From the NCBI RefSeq assembly GCF_009914755.1, contig NC_060930.1: a DNA stretch of 64,000 nucleotides; one strand, 5' to 3'. This document shows, piece after piece, positions 27,457-39,266 of this stretch. This DNA comes from the human T2T-CHM13v2.0 reference genome, Homo sapiens. Under the pieces are notes generated by a model. The model saw only the letters and a list, made by a program, of their open reading frames with translations, searched no databases and was not told the origin of the DNA. Within the stretch, counting starts at the first letter, position 1, and each line of letters begins with the position of its first letter. Position numbers and translations under genes: made by a program.

Positions 27457-28383
27457 CTAGAAATATTTTTGTTTTAGCTATTGCCAGACAAAGACATTCC
27501 CAGTAAGAGCCTTATAGAGTGACCACAAATGACTGACAAATGAGTTGGACACTGTTGCACAAGTTTCTCCCCTTTTTAATAATCCTTAAGGTGAGCTCAG
27601 AGCTTTTTTAAGAATTTTTTTAATCACTAAATTCACCATGAGGAGAAGCAGGTGAAAACCGCTTAAATTAAACCAGGGATACAAGGGGCTTATATCACTT
27701 CGTTTTCAGTTCTCATAGGAGAAGACAGTATGAAAGAAGTCGACCCTATCTTTGGAGACAAGACTTAGATTTGAATCCTTGCTGTTCTCTTTAATTCCTA
27801 TGTAACCATGAAAAATCTGCACGTGAGGTTCTTTAATATCTAAAATGAATAAAATGCACATACTTTATACAGTCAATTCCAAGATAAATAAAAGCATTAT
27901 TAAAGTTACAAATTCAAGTTTGTTGCTCCAAAATCCCTGGGAGAGGTCACAGATGGAAAAATCAGTTTCAAACAGATTTTCCTCTAAATCCAACCCACAC
28001 ACAGAGATCCTCATTTACTCCTCTACTCCACAACTCCTTTAATCTCACTGCTTCATCCTTAAGGCAAGGAAAATCACATCTAAATTAGATATTGCATTCT
28101 TCCAAGCAACCACTAAACAATTGCTAGGATATGTCTCTAAAAGCTTCTACTTACTGATTCTGGTTGAAGGGCTCTGGTGTTTCTTCCTAGAATTTAGAGG
28201 AACTGCACATGATCTGGGGAGACTAAAGTGTATCCTTTTATCTTAAACAGCTAATTGGATTAACAGAGAATTTCCATCCAAAATGACACCCATTACATAT
28301 ACTTTCATTTCCTCATAAAATATAGTTCATTTTACTGTAGTGTCACTTCATAAAAACAAAGCTCATTCATCACATTCTGACAC

Positions 28384-28709
28384 CTGTGGTTTTGACATAT
28401 GCCACTGCACTTTAACAATTAGATGTTCCAAAAGGATCCCAGCACCAGCAAGATAATATTCTCCTGAATCCTTAAGCATCAGAGAGAAACAGATAAATTT
28501 CACTGTTGTAATCAGTAAAACCTTGTTGTGAATAAGACTTGCGGGTGGAGACTTCTGGTCACTATCAGAGGTAGAGAAAAAAACAGACTGGTGCATTTTG
28601 TCCCAGTTGAAGTTGAAAGGAATATTTCTGCATTCACATTTCAGACCAGAGTCGTCACTCTGACCCTGCCAACATTTCAAGAGAGGCCCCTAAGATGAGG
28701 CCTTTATCC
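28384..28709 (-). pseudogene. Pseudo-exon, Ig-like domain, phase 1-1
   Basis: gtttgcag| ...GQSDDSGLKCECRNIPFNFNWDK...LMLKDSGEY(+2 nt)SCWCWDPFGTSNC*SAVAYVKTT |gtgtca. Confidence 0.65.
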
Positions 28710-29009
28710 CTGCAAACAAGCTTATTCTATGTCCGACAACAAGATCCAAAGCCTAAAACATTTTGTTCAGGCATTTATTTCACACTATTTAATGGTAAGC
28801 CTCCAACTTCCTCAAGTCACTGGGGGGGCTGTGTGTACATTCTGGAAGTTCACCATGATTATAGTAGAACTAATAAATTGATGGTCTTTTTTTTTTTGTA
28901 AACCCTCTGCTTCTGTCTCATACTCCTCTTATTTTCACCATCATCCTCAGTGCCACTGAAATGACTTTTAATTAGCTTCTCCCCTTGCATTCTTGCTTGG
29001 TTTCATCAG

Positions 29010-29355
29010 CAGTAGTCACCCCCTTACATGCAGTTTCAATTGTCAAAGTTTCAGTTGCCTACCACCAGCCTTGGATGGAAAATTTTACATGCAATAAAAT
29101 ATTATGTGTGTGTGTGTTTGTAAGAGAGAGACCACAGTCACATAACTTTTATTAGAGTATATTGTTATAAGTGTTCTATTTTATTATAGGCTATTGTTGT
29201 TAATCTCTTACTGTGACTAATTTATAAATTAAATTTTATCATAGGTATGTACTTACAGGAAAACAACAGTGTATATAGGATTTAGTGCTGTCTGTGGTTT
29301 CAGGCACCCCCGGGGGTCTTGAAACATAACCCACTCAAATAAGGGGGGACTACTG
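29010..29355 (+). mobile_element. MER44A (TcMar-Tigger MITE)
   Basis: TIRs cagtagtcaccccctta / taaggggggactactg, TA on the right flank. Confidence 0.85.
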
Positions 29356-30012
29356 TATTTTTTCTGTGACCAGAGTGATCTATTTCAAATGCAAATCTCT
29401 TCATGCTACTTCCTCCTTAAAATTTTGCAAGATATTTGATATCTCTTCCTTCCCTCTTCATCCCTTCTCCTACTCCCAGCATCTCTACACTTATCTTTTA
29501 CCTCTGTCCACCATCAGTTTCCTGAAATCCCAAAATGTAGAATTACTTTCCCTCCCATTGAGCTACGTTCTCAGGCTCAAGGCCTTTATACAAACTGTTA
29601 ACCCACCTGGAAGCCAATCCAATTACACTAGAACCTCTGGGTGGGGCACAAGCAAGGGTATTCTTTTAAAGCTCCCTAGGTGCTTCTAATGTACAGCCAG
29701 TGTACATTTAAACCCTTGCTTTACTAAAAAAAACAAATTCAGAGAAGTTATCAAGTTTATCCAAGATCACATGCCACAGGATTCTTGTTACCTTTGTTTC
29801 CCCAAAATAAGGTATCTCATAATTAATGATTCTTTGAATGTCAATCACAGCTATAGACACTTTCTAAATTTGATTTTTAAATATTATTTTGAAGTAGCAA
29901 CTGAACAGGGGATGCAATGGGAAAACACTTGCACTGCATGTCAGTTCTTACCTTCTTCAAAATGATCCTACAGTCAGCTATTTCAGGTTGTCATTTTTAG
30001 TTAAGATATCAA

Positions 30013-30663
30013 TATGGCTGCATAGTATTCCATGGTGTATATGTACCACATTTTCTTCATCCAGTCTATCATTGATGTGCATTTAGGTTGATCCCATGTA
30101 TTTGTTATTGTGAATAGTGCTGTAATGAACATAATGTGTGCGTGCAACTTTAAAATAGAACGGTTTATATTTCTTTGGGTATATACCCAGTAACGGGATT
30201 GCTAGGTCTAGCAGTATTTTTGGTTTTAGGTCTTTGAGAAATCATCATACTGTCTTCCACACTGAACTAATTTACATTCTTACCAACGGTGTATAAGCAT
30301 TCGTTTTTCTTCACAACCTCACCAGCGAAATCATGTTCTTTGCAGGGATGGATGGAGCTGGAGGCCATTAAACTTAGCAAACTAACCCAGGAACAGAAAA
30401 CCAAATACTGTATGTTCTCACTTATAAGCGGGAGCCTAATAATGAGAACACATAGACACATGGAGGGGAACGATACACACTGGGGCCTACTGGAAGGTGG
30501 AGGGTGGAGGTTGGGAGGAGGGAGAAGATCAGGAAAAATAACTAATGGGTACTAGACTTAATACCTGGGTGATGAAATAATCTGTATGACAAACCCCCAT
30601 GACACAAGTTTACCTATGTAGCAAACCTGTACAGGCACCCCTGAACTTAAAGTAAGCTAAAAC
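30013..30663 (+). mobile_element. L1PA (mid-age) 5'-truncated with 5' inversion
   Basis: 30013-30326 is antisense and 30327-30663 is the sense 3' end; near-TSD agatatcaatatg / agatactaatatg. Confidence 0.88.
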
Positions 30664-31454
30664 AGATACTAATATGAGAATTTTGGAATCTGTAAAATTT
30701 CTCTGTGAAAACCTACTTTTGAGAAGGCATAACCCAGGAATAACACAGTGGGTTATCATTTATGTTCCTTATTTCAAATGTGTTATTAGGGGCAAAATAA
30801 AACTTTGGTTAAGATATTCCAAAGATAAATCTTTGCAGCTAAATTTAAACTATGAGTTGATTTCTGGTCTTTCGCCTTAAAACTACAGAAGTGAATCTGA
30901 ATCTGAGGCATCCCTCTGTGTTCCCCATTCTGTTTCCCAGTCCTCAAAGACGAGGCTCTCAGTGCTTTAGGCACAGAGGTGCTAACCTTTTGTGTTATTT
31001 CATACAACCTATTGTGCCTGGATTATGGTGACATGTCCTTTGACTATTAATTGCAATCTGTAGATAATGATAAGAGCAAGTTTCTGCCTCCCCAAGGTGA
31101 GGCACAGCCAATAGGCCAGATCTATAATTTAGGACTACCAGGAGTGAGCTTTGAACCTTGCCTTTGGCGATAACGTTATCAATCAGAAGAATTAACCAAA
31201 CCTCCTAGCTGAGGACTTTAACAAATGGAACTATGCAAAGGTAAAGCAGATAGGCAACACATCAAAATATAAACGGCTTAATTGTGATTTAGGTATTCAA
31301 CTTATGAGAACAATTTTTTTCTTCTTTGGAATAATTAAGTTGTAAGAAAATAAATCTAGCCATACTTTTAAAAATGAGAAAATGTTCAGGCTAAAGATAT
31401 ATAGTTATAACTTATAAGACTTACAAGATTAATATAATGAAGAAGAGATTATCA

Positions 31455-31456
<2 letters not shown>

Positions 31457-31514
<58 letters not shown>
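31457..31514. repeat. (GT)29 microsatellite
   Basis: Direct reading, uninterrupted. Confidence 0.95.
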
Positions 31515-31516
<2 letters not shown>

Positions 31517-31530
31517 CTGCCCTCTACTGG
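31517..31530 (-). promoter_or_regulatory. CTCF core motif
   Basis: CCAGTAGAGGGCAG matches CCASYAGRKGGCRS at every position. Confidence 0.6.
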
Positions 31531-31911
31531 GGACCAAAGGACGAGTTCTCAATTGAGTTCTCCCAGCTCAATTTCAGTTGAAAATCTCTTCATGACAAAA
31601 ATTAAATCAAGCACCTAGCAAAGTTCTAAGCACCAGAGACAAAGTATAGTACCACAAGACTATAAATCCTAAAGGTTTTTTTTTTTTCTAAATTGACCCT
31701 ACTTTACATTTTAGAGGAAAATCGTTGAAATTATGCAAAGACAGCCTTTACTGAGAATGATTTTTACCCTTAAGACTGAGAGTTTCATTCTGAATTGACA
31801 TTCAGGATGAATGCCAATGAGTCAGATCAGCTTTATTCAGTATCAGTTACACACATATAAAATGATTTTAGTACTTTTAAAATTTTTTCACTCTCAAGAT
31901 TTGGTAACCTT

Positions 31912-32540
<629 letters not shown>

Positions 32541-33131
32541 CTAGTTCTAGTAAATTGTATGACTTTATTTCACTGATGAATTTCTTTTGTTTTCTCTCAT
32601 TTAATCTTTTTAATACTATGAAGTAAGTATTATTAATATCCTCAACTTATCATATGAAAGAATTTAAGTACAAAGATGTAAATAAATTTTCTGAAGCCTC
32701 GCAGCTAGAAACAAAACGTAGGAATTTTGATGCAGGAAATCTCAGGACAGAAGCCATGCTCTCAGCAACCACACTAAAAGGCCTTTCACGTAACATGGTG
32801 CTGAGCACGTAACATAGTTATGTTGCAAAAATGTACTTGCAGAGCAAGATTATTCACCTATTCATTCTTGAAAATCAGCGTGTTATGAGTTAGTCTTAAA
32901 TTTCTCCAAGGCAAAACTATGACACAATGTATGCCATGCTAAATTATGGAAATATTTCATCCTGAGATGCCAAATTTTAAAGCAGAAATACTGAAAGTAA
33001 ATATAGTTTACATTCCATAGATTTTGTTGTTCTTGGAATTCTTCATGCTTTTTCTAACCCTCCACCCTTTGCTCATTTTCATTATCTTTACATGACTTAG
33101 TTATGCCAATACCTCCTAGCCTACTATAATC

Positions 33132-33559
33132 TGCACTACTCTGCTTGGAATGCCATAACAAAATATCATTGACTTGCTGGCTTAAGCAACAGAGATTTTT
33201 GTTCATACAGTTCTGAAGGCTGGAAGTTCGAAATTAGGGTGCCAGTATAGTCGGGTTCTGGTGAGGTCCCTTTTCCAGGTTGCAGAGAGTCACCTTTCAC
33301 AATGTACTCACATAGTCTTCCCTGGATGTGAGAGCTAGAAGGCCATGAGGTAGATGAAGCAGATGAAGGGAGGGAGGATAGTAGGGGAGAGCAACCTCTT
33401 CCTCTTCTTATAAAGCCACCAATTCTATGGGATTAGGACTCCACCCTTATGACCTCATTTATCTTGGTTACCTCCTGAAAGCCCTATATTCAAATATAGT
33501 CACATTGGGGGTAAGGGCTTCCATATATGAATCGGGGGCATACAATGCAGTCCATAACA
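33132..33559 (-). mobile_element. MLT1A-like MaLR LTR
   Basis: gccataacaaaata...cagtccataaca; near-TSD TAATC/TCATC. Confidence 0.8.
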
Positions 33560-34202
33560 TCATCTTTTACATTTCAATTGCATTTTCTCCATTCTTAGAA
33601 TTAATATATTGGAATCACCTGTACACTTACCTGTGTCTCGTTATACATGTGTTCCCTCAGGCCAAATTCTAACTATATTGCCATTGTATCCCAGGCACCG
33701 AACCTATCCATGTGGTGAGTACTGTTGGATGAATAAATCAATGATACCAAATGGCTTTATTCTGATTCTTTACCAGCTCTTAGAAGCAAATGTCATAATT
33801 AAAGCAGGGGTGATAGGTTTGTTGGCTTAAGCAGATACCTGGGCCTTTACTGGAGATAAAACACCAGAACAAGCCTTATGCTCATTCAGCCACTAAACAT
33901 CATAAATTTTAGTCCCCTCCAAAGTCCTCATCAAAATAATAGAATTTGCACGACAATAAAGTTAAACACTGGGCAACAGCCATGACTGTGCTAGGAAGCA
34001 AGTGTTTCAACTGTTCAGGTGTGTAGCACACCAATTCAATTTGTAATTTCTTATTTCAGGTGAACACATTTTTTAAGAATAGGCTGAATGATTTCATAAA
34101 TTATATCCATTGAATAAATGACCATGCAATATACATACCATACTCAACAATCAGTTAAAATTAGGTATAAAAAAAGACATTGTAATCAGGCCTGTACAAA
34201 AC

Positions 34203-34208
34203 TTTATT
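34203..34208 (-). terminator. COL21A1: COL21A1 poly(A) signal AATAAA
   Basis: TTTATT on + strand about 1.05 kb past the stop, followed on the - strand by a TGTCTTTTTTT GU/U-rich element. Confidence 0.75.
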
Positions 34209-34626
34209 ATACTCTGAATAACAAGCATGTAACAAAATTTTGAGCATGACAAGGATGAAATATTTCAAATTCTGTTTCTTACAAAAGCATTAAGCACAAT
34301 ACACAAAGACTGTTCATAATATTTTACAGTCAGCTAAAAATAACAAGACATTCTAGGATTTCAGGAGTTTTCCTTTTCTTTCAACTAGAGCATTAGCTTT
34401 ATTTCCATTAGCTTTGCTACAATGAAAATTAACATATATGGACATACACATATAAGTGAAATGGAAAATGAAGGCATACAACAAACATTCCGATTAATCA
34501 ACAAGTATAAAATAGTCTTTTAGTACTTCCAAACTTACATTTTCTTTGAATGTACAATGAAACTTTTTGTCTAAAATGTTTTTAATGTTAATTTTGACCA
34601 TTCCCAAAGTAATTAATACTCTTTCT

Positions 34627-34634
34627 TAGCACCA
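34627..34634 (-). promoter_or_regulatory. miR-29 8mer seed site (UGGUGCUA) in COL21A1 3'UTR
   Basis: tagcacca on + strand; a second 7mer-m8 site lies at 35216-35222. Confidence 0.7.
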
Positions 34635-35252
34635 CCATTAATCTAATTTTAGAGTTTGAAATGAATTAAGAAACACTCTAATCTTATTCAGAGGTGCTAT
34701 TCACAACACCGAACAACAGGCAATCCACTGCCCTTTATCAAGGCTGAGACACTGTAGTAAATGAGTAGTTCACCAATACTGTCTATCCCAGGTGAATATC
34801 AGCCCTGATCTTACTTCCAATGATGAGATACATGTTTTGGCTTATGTAGTAGCATGAGCTATGAGATAGGAAACATGAAAGTCACATGGACATGAAATTA
34901 AACTCAAATCTCTACTGCATGGAGGCTGAATGTGAAATATTTCACAGTGACTAAAACTGACTGGCTAACAGGCAATGGTGGATTTTTATATTCAACTTTG
35001 ATTAACATAAATGGACTTTACAAGAAACCCTTGAGATTTAATTAATGCTGCTAATCCAAGGGCTCCAAATGACTGAGGAGCCTTTAAAATCAGTATATGT
35101 GATCTTTTATATTTTTTTCCATAAGAAAAAAAAAATAAAAACACCGAGGTACTTAAGTTTCTTTTCAAGGGATTACTGTTGGTTATCTTCCTGAGATGCA
35201 AAAGACCACAGAAAAAGCACCATGCCTAGGCTGCTGAATGAGGCATCAGACA

Positions 35253-35440
35253 CTAATAGTTTGGTCCTTTTCTGAACGGATCTCTTCTGGCAATTACACT
35301 AAAACATAGTGATGGGTCGCAGATGCCTGGGGGGCCTGGTTGCCCTTGGATTCCAGGTTTTCCATGGTCTCCATCTTTGCCAGGGAGACCTGGGTCTCCT
35401 GGAGGACCTTCTTTGCTTATTCCAGGAGGGCCCTCTGGAC
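35253..35440 (-). CDS. COL21A1: COL21A1 last exon coding part, [12 protein letters not shown]...[24 protein letters not shown]
   Basis: cttag| acceptor phase 1; TAG stop at 35253-35255. Confidence 0.95.
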
Positions 35441-36234
35441 CTAAGATGGGACATTGGCAAGACGTAAACAGAGGACTTTAGTTTTTTATAATGAAATAGC
35501 CAATTCTGCAAGAAACTTAAACTGAAAAAAAAAACCTTGAATATTTTATATATTTGCACTAATTATATAGTAGAGGCATTTTCTTGATAATTCTACATGT
35601 CTTCTGCTTTGAAAAGAACCATCCAAAAGTTAAAGTTATCAGTAATTTTTGAAAACTAGGCTAAGCATATTAACATAGTAACCATGCTACTGATTAAAAA
35701 CATTATAATATTCCATTTTGTGTATTGTCCAATCTTATTTCTTCCTTTCAGCCTATCTTTTACCAATATTATTATAAATTAACAGGTGATACCTACGTAA
35801 GCCAAAGCTGAGTCATTTTTGTGCCGTATTTGCAACAAAAAACTGTTTCTATTATACATATTTTTAGTTTCCATATCTAAATGCATTATTCTTATTACTT
35901 TAGTATTATAGTCATCAATATCATCAATACTCATAGGTATTAAAGCCCTAATTTGTCAAACATAGCCTGATTAGTTCAATTAGCATGCTCAAGGAAACAA
36001 AAGCTAGCTTACCATACTGGCCTTTTAAAGTTGATTCAAAATAACAAAAAATATTCAGATTTTGGGAAGGAGCACAGTGGTTTGGGCCACTTCTTACTCC
36101 TCTACTCCCTGCTACTACTACTAATAAACATCTATTTACCACTTAACTGCAATTGTAAGTGTTGTTCAAAGTATTTTACATAAATAGTATTAAGTCATTT
36201 GATCAACTCCAAAGCCTATTAATAACATCTAATC

Positions 36235-36410
36235 ATAGCATACATTTATTGAAAACATAACTGTGATTGTCTTGCACTGTTCTGAAAGCACTACATATAG
36301 AAAGTATTTAATCTCCCAATAACGTCATGATGGAGATAACATTATCATCACCATTTTACCAATGAGGAAACTGAGACATGGCAGAGTTAAACTGCACAGC
36401 TAGCAGAGAT
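36235..36410 (-). mobile_element. MIR
   Basis: ccattttaccaatgaggaaactgagac core. Confidence 0.6.
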
Positions 36411-36750
36411 TACTTAACCGCTTCAGCATTTCTCTGCTTCCCTGAGAGTCATAAAGACTAAACAGTGTTATACACCAGATAAGCAGGGGTGACTAAAATG
36501 ATTCTAGAACTCTTCTAAGGAATAGATATTAAACTATCTAAATGATAAGCAAGAGATAATATTGAAGGATTCATAAATTGAGGATAATATATGAAAAAAT
36601 ATTCCAGAAGTTAGACTTCAGTGTGTTAAATGTGAATCACTCAAAAAAGAAAACAGATGTCTCAGTTTCAATTTATTTCACATAGATCTATGATGACTTT
36701 TCTTAAAGCAAAATGAGCAGTAACACTTATGAGCAGGTAGCAATTCTCAC

Positions 36751-36828
36751 CTGGGGGACCAGGAGGACCTTGTTCTCCAGGATACCCAAACCCTTGGCTC
36801 CCTTTTTCCCCATTTCTTCCTGGTAGGC
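36751..36828 (-). CDS. COL21A1: COL21A1 penultimate exon, 78 nt, GLPGRNGEKGSQGFGYPGEQGPPGPP
   Basis: ctgcag| acceptor, |gtgaga donor, phase 1-1. Confidence 0.95.
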
Positions 36829-37602
36829 CTGCAGGGTGTCAAACATCTGAGTAAGTTTACTTAAAATCACTGCCTTCTAGATTGTTTCATTCAAAGCTGT
36901 TAATATACACATGAAAGAAAAATGTCTTTTAAAAACCAGCTTGCCATCTATTTTTTCTTACTAATGGAAAACAAGTTTTGAAGCAATAATTTCTAAAATG
37001 ATAGTGGTTTAGATCCAAGACTTAATGGGAATCAAATATTTAGAAAAGAAAATGGTTTGGAATTATTAGCCCTTTGTGTTAATCATAGTTTTTTAAAATT
37101 ACTTTATGAAACATCTAAATTGCTTATATACTATTAAACAAAAAGGAAAGAATTATCAATCAACATTTCACATAAACATTCAAAGGCAAGGAGAAATTCT
37201 GGGCTATTAGGAAGTTTTATCACAAAACTTATTTTTTCCTATAATAGAAAAAAAAATGAATAAGGTAACAGTGCAGAAAGTTACCAAAGTCAAAATAAAG
37301 GAAATGGCATCTGTGATTTTCTATTTAAAAACTTTTCTAGACTCAAGCAAAATTTCTCAGTACATTGGCAACATTTTCTAATTTGTAAGTTTATGTGTTC
37401 ATAAATTTGACTTCTCTTTTTGAGAATATTGCATTAAGAAAATAATTTCTCTTTAATTCAGTTGGCAAATTATTTAAAGACGAGCATTTACAGATTTTTT
37501 TATCATGAAAAAAGTTAACTCGACTATTAAATGGATATAGGGTATGAATTTTTAAAAAAAGACTTTTTAAAATTCATTTTCTTGTTGAAACTAACTGCAT
37601 AC

Positions 37603-37803
37603 CTTTTAATCCTCTGACACCTGGACGTCCAGGGACACCCACTAATCCAGGAACACCATCTCTTCCTGGCAAACCAGGTAATCCTCTGGGACCCTCTGGG
37701 CCTATCGGACCAGGTGGCCCAGGAATACCCGGGGAGCCATGTTGGGACAGGCAATGATCACAATTTCTAATTCTTCCACTCTGAAGTAAGACTGGTAGCT
37801 GGG
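37603..37803 (-). CDS. COL21A1: COL21A1 exon, 201 nt, [26 protein letters not shown]...GVRGLK
   Basis: Phase 1-1, AG/GT; lies inside ORF 37574..37816. Confidence 0.95.
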
Positions 37804-38325
37804 CTTTCAAAAACAAAGAAACCCCATCCCTTATGTTTAAATGGTGAGTTGGTGTTAATTATATTTTTAATTTTTTTCAGTTTACAGAGAAAAAACTACG
37901 AACATTGAATATGTGCATATTTCTTGGCCAATAATTTCACTTCTAGGAATTTGACTATGGAAATATTCATTGCTCTGTGCGGTAATTTTATTAGAGCAAT
38001 TGCTTAAAATAGGGGAAAAAGTGAAAGTGCCCCCAAAAGAAATTGGTGGACTATATTCATATTTATGAACTAAATTATCAAAAAATATGCTACAAAAGAA
38101 AATTCAAATAATGGCAAAATAATAAATGTCTTTATTAAAAAGATTATAAAAGAGTATATATGATAAATCTTTATAAAAATACTCATTGAAGAAAAGTAGA
38201 TGAGGCTTATAAATGTTATCTGTTTTCTTCTTCACCTCACTTATATCCTCTACAATATGTCCTAAGAATTTGTATTACTTTTGTAATTTGAGAAAAGTTA
38301 TTAAAATGCTATATTTGATACCTAC

Positions 38326-38380
38326 CTCTTATTACATCTGTGCAAACTTGTCGAATAAATTGTTCTGAAAACTCTCTTCC
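38326..38380 (-). CDS. COL21A1: COL21A1 exon, 55 nt, GREFSEQFIRQVCTDVIR (NC2 start)
   Basis: gcag| acceptor, |gtaggt donor, phase 0-1. Confidence 0.93.
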
Positions 38381-38475
38381 CTGCATCAAAGTGTTAGGGG
38401 TTATAACATGCACATAAAGAACATGAGCAAAAATCAATGAAAATGTAATAACTGTGAAAGAAGCAGAATACATAC

Positions 38476-38622
38476 GGGCTTCCCATCCAAACCTGGGGGT
38501 CCCTGAGGACCTGGATCCCCAGGTTGCCCCTTAGGACCTGCGGGCCCCATCAAGCCATCCACCCCAGATTCTCCTTTTGATCCAATGGCACCTCGGACAC
38601 CAGGTTCTCCCTTTTCACCTCT
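38476..38622 (-). CDS. COL21A1: COL21A1 exon, 147 nt, [14 protein letters not shown]...GPPGLDGKP
   Basis: cttttag| acceptor, |gtatgt donor, 49 codons. Confidence 0.93.
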
Positions 38623-39233
38623 CTAAAAGCAAAAGAAATCTTTACAAGTTCTATTTAAATATTTCAGGAGGTATAATTGCATCATGAAGCTCGTTAAGGA
38701 TGTGAATATGCATGTATACATATGTAAATATGTAAGGTATGTAAGGAATAGCCGGAAATATTGTCATTGACCAGAAGGGAAATTTCATGTCATATTAAAC
38801 TGTCATTTATCCATCCATCCAACCAGCCAGACCTACAAGTATCCACAACTGATTGAGTATATTGTATAGGTAATACGCATACTGCCAGAGATAAAACAAT
38901 GGGCATAACACAGTCCTATTCACAAGGAGCTTGCATTTTAGTGGGTCCGACAGATACAGAAATGTACAATATTCTTTATTCAAAAATATGGAGAAAAAAT
39001 TCAGCTCCAAGTCTGGAAGAAAAACCAATAATATTGACAATTCACATTTCATATCAAATTCAGTATAAATGTACATATTCTGAAAACAATTAATTGGGAA
39101 CTTCTACTGAAGAAGATGAAAAACATTTCGTTTTCTGGTTTTTACTCAAAAGCTAGATTTATATAGTATTGAAACCCAAGCAAAAAGGACCGAAGAAAGA
39201 GAGCAAGAGAGCATAATATATGAAGAAACATAC

Positions 39234-39266
39234 CTCTCCTTTTGCACCATGATGGCCTTGAATTCC
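39234..39266 (-). CDS. COL21A1: COL21A1 exon, 33 nt, GIQGHHGAKGE
   Basis: ttttcaaag| acceptor, |gtatgt donor, phase 0-0; last triplet is completed by the next exon. Confidence 0.93.

Noticed and set aside
35299-35559. 86-aa Arg/Pro/Trp-rich ORF (also 37527, 46597, 52827)
   Set aside because: Out-of-frame readings of collagen exons
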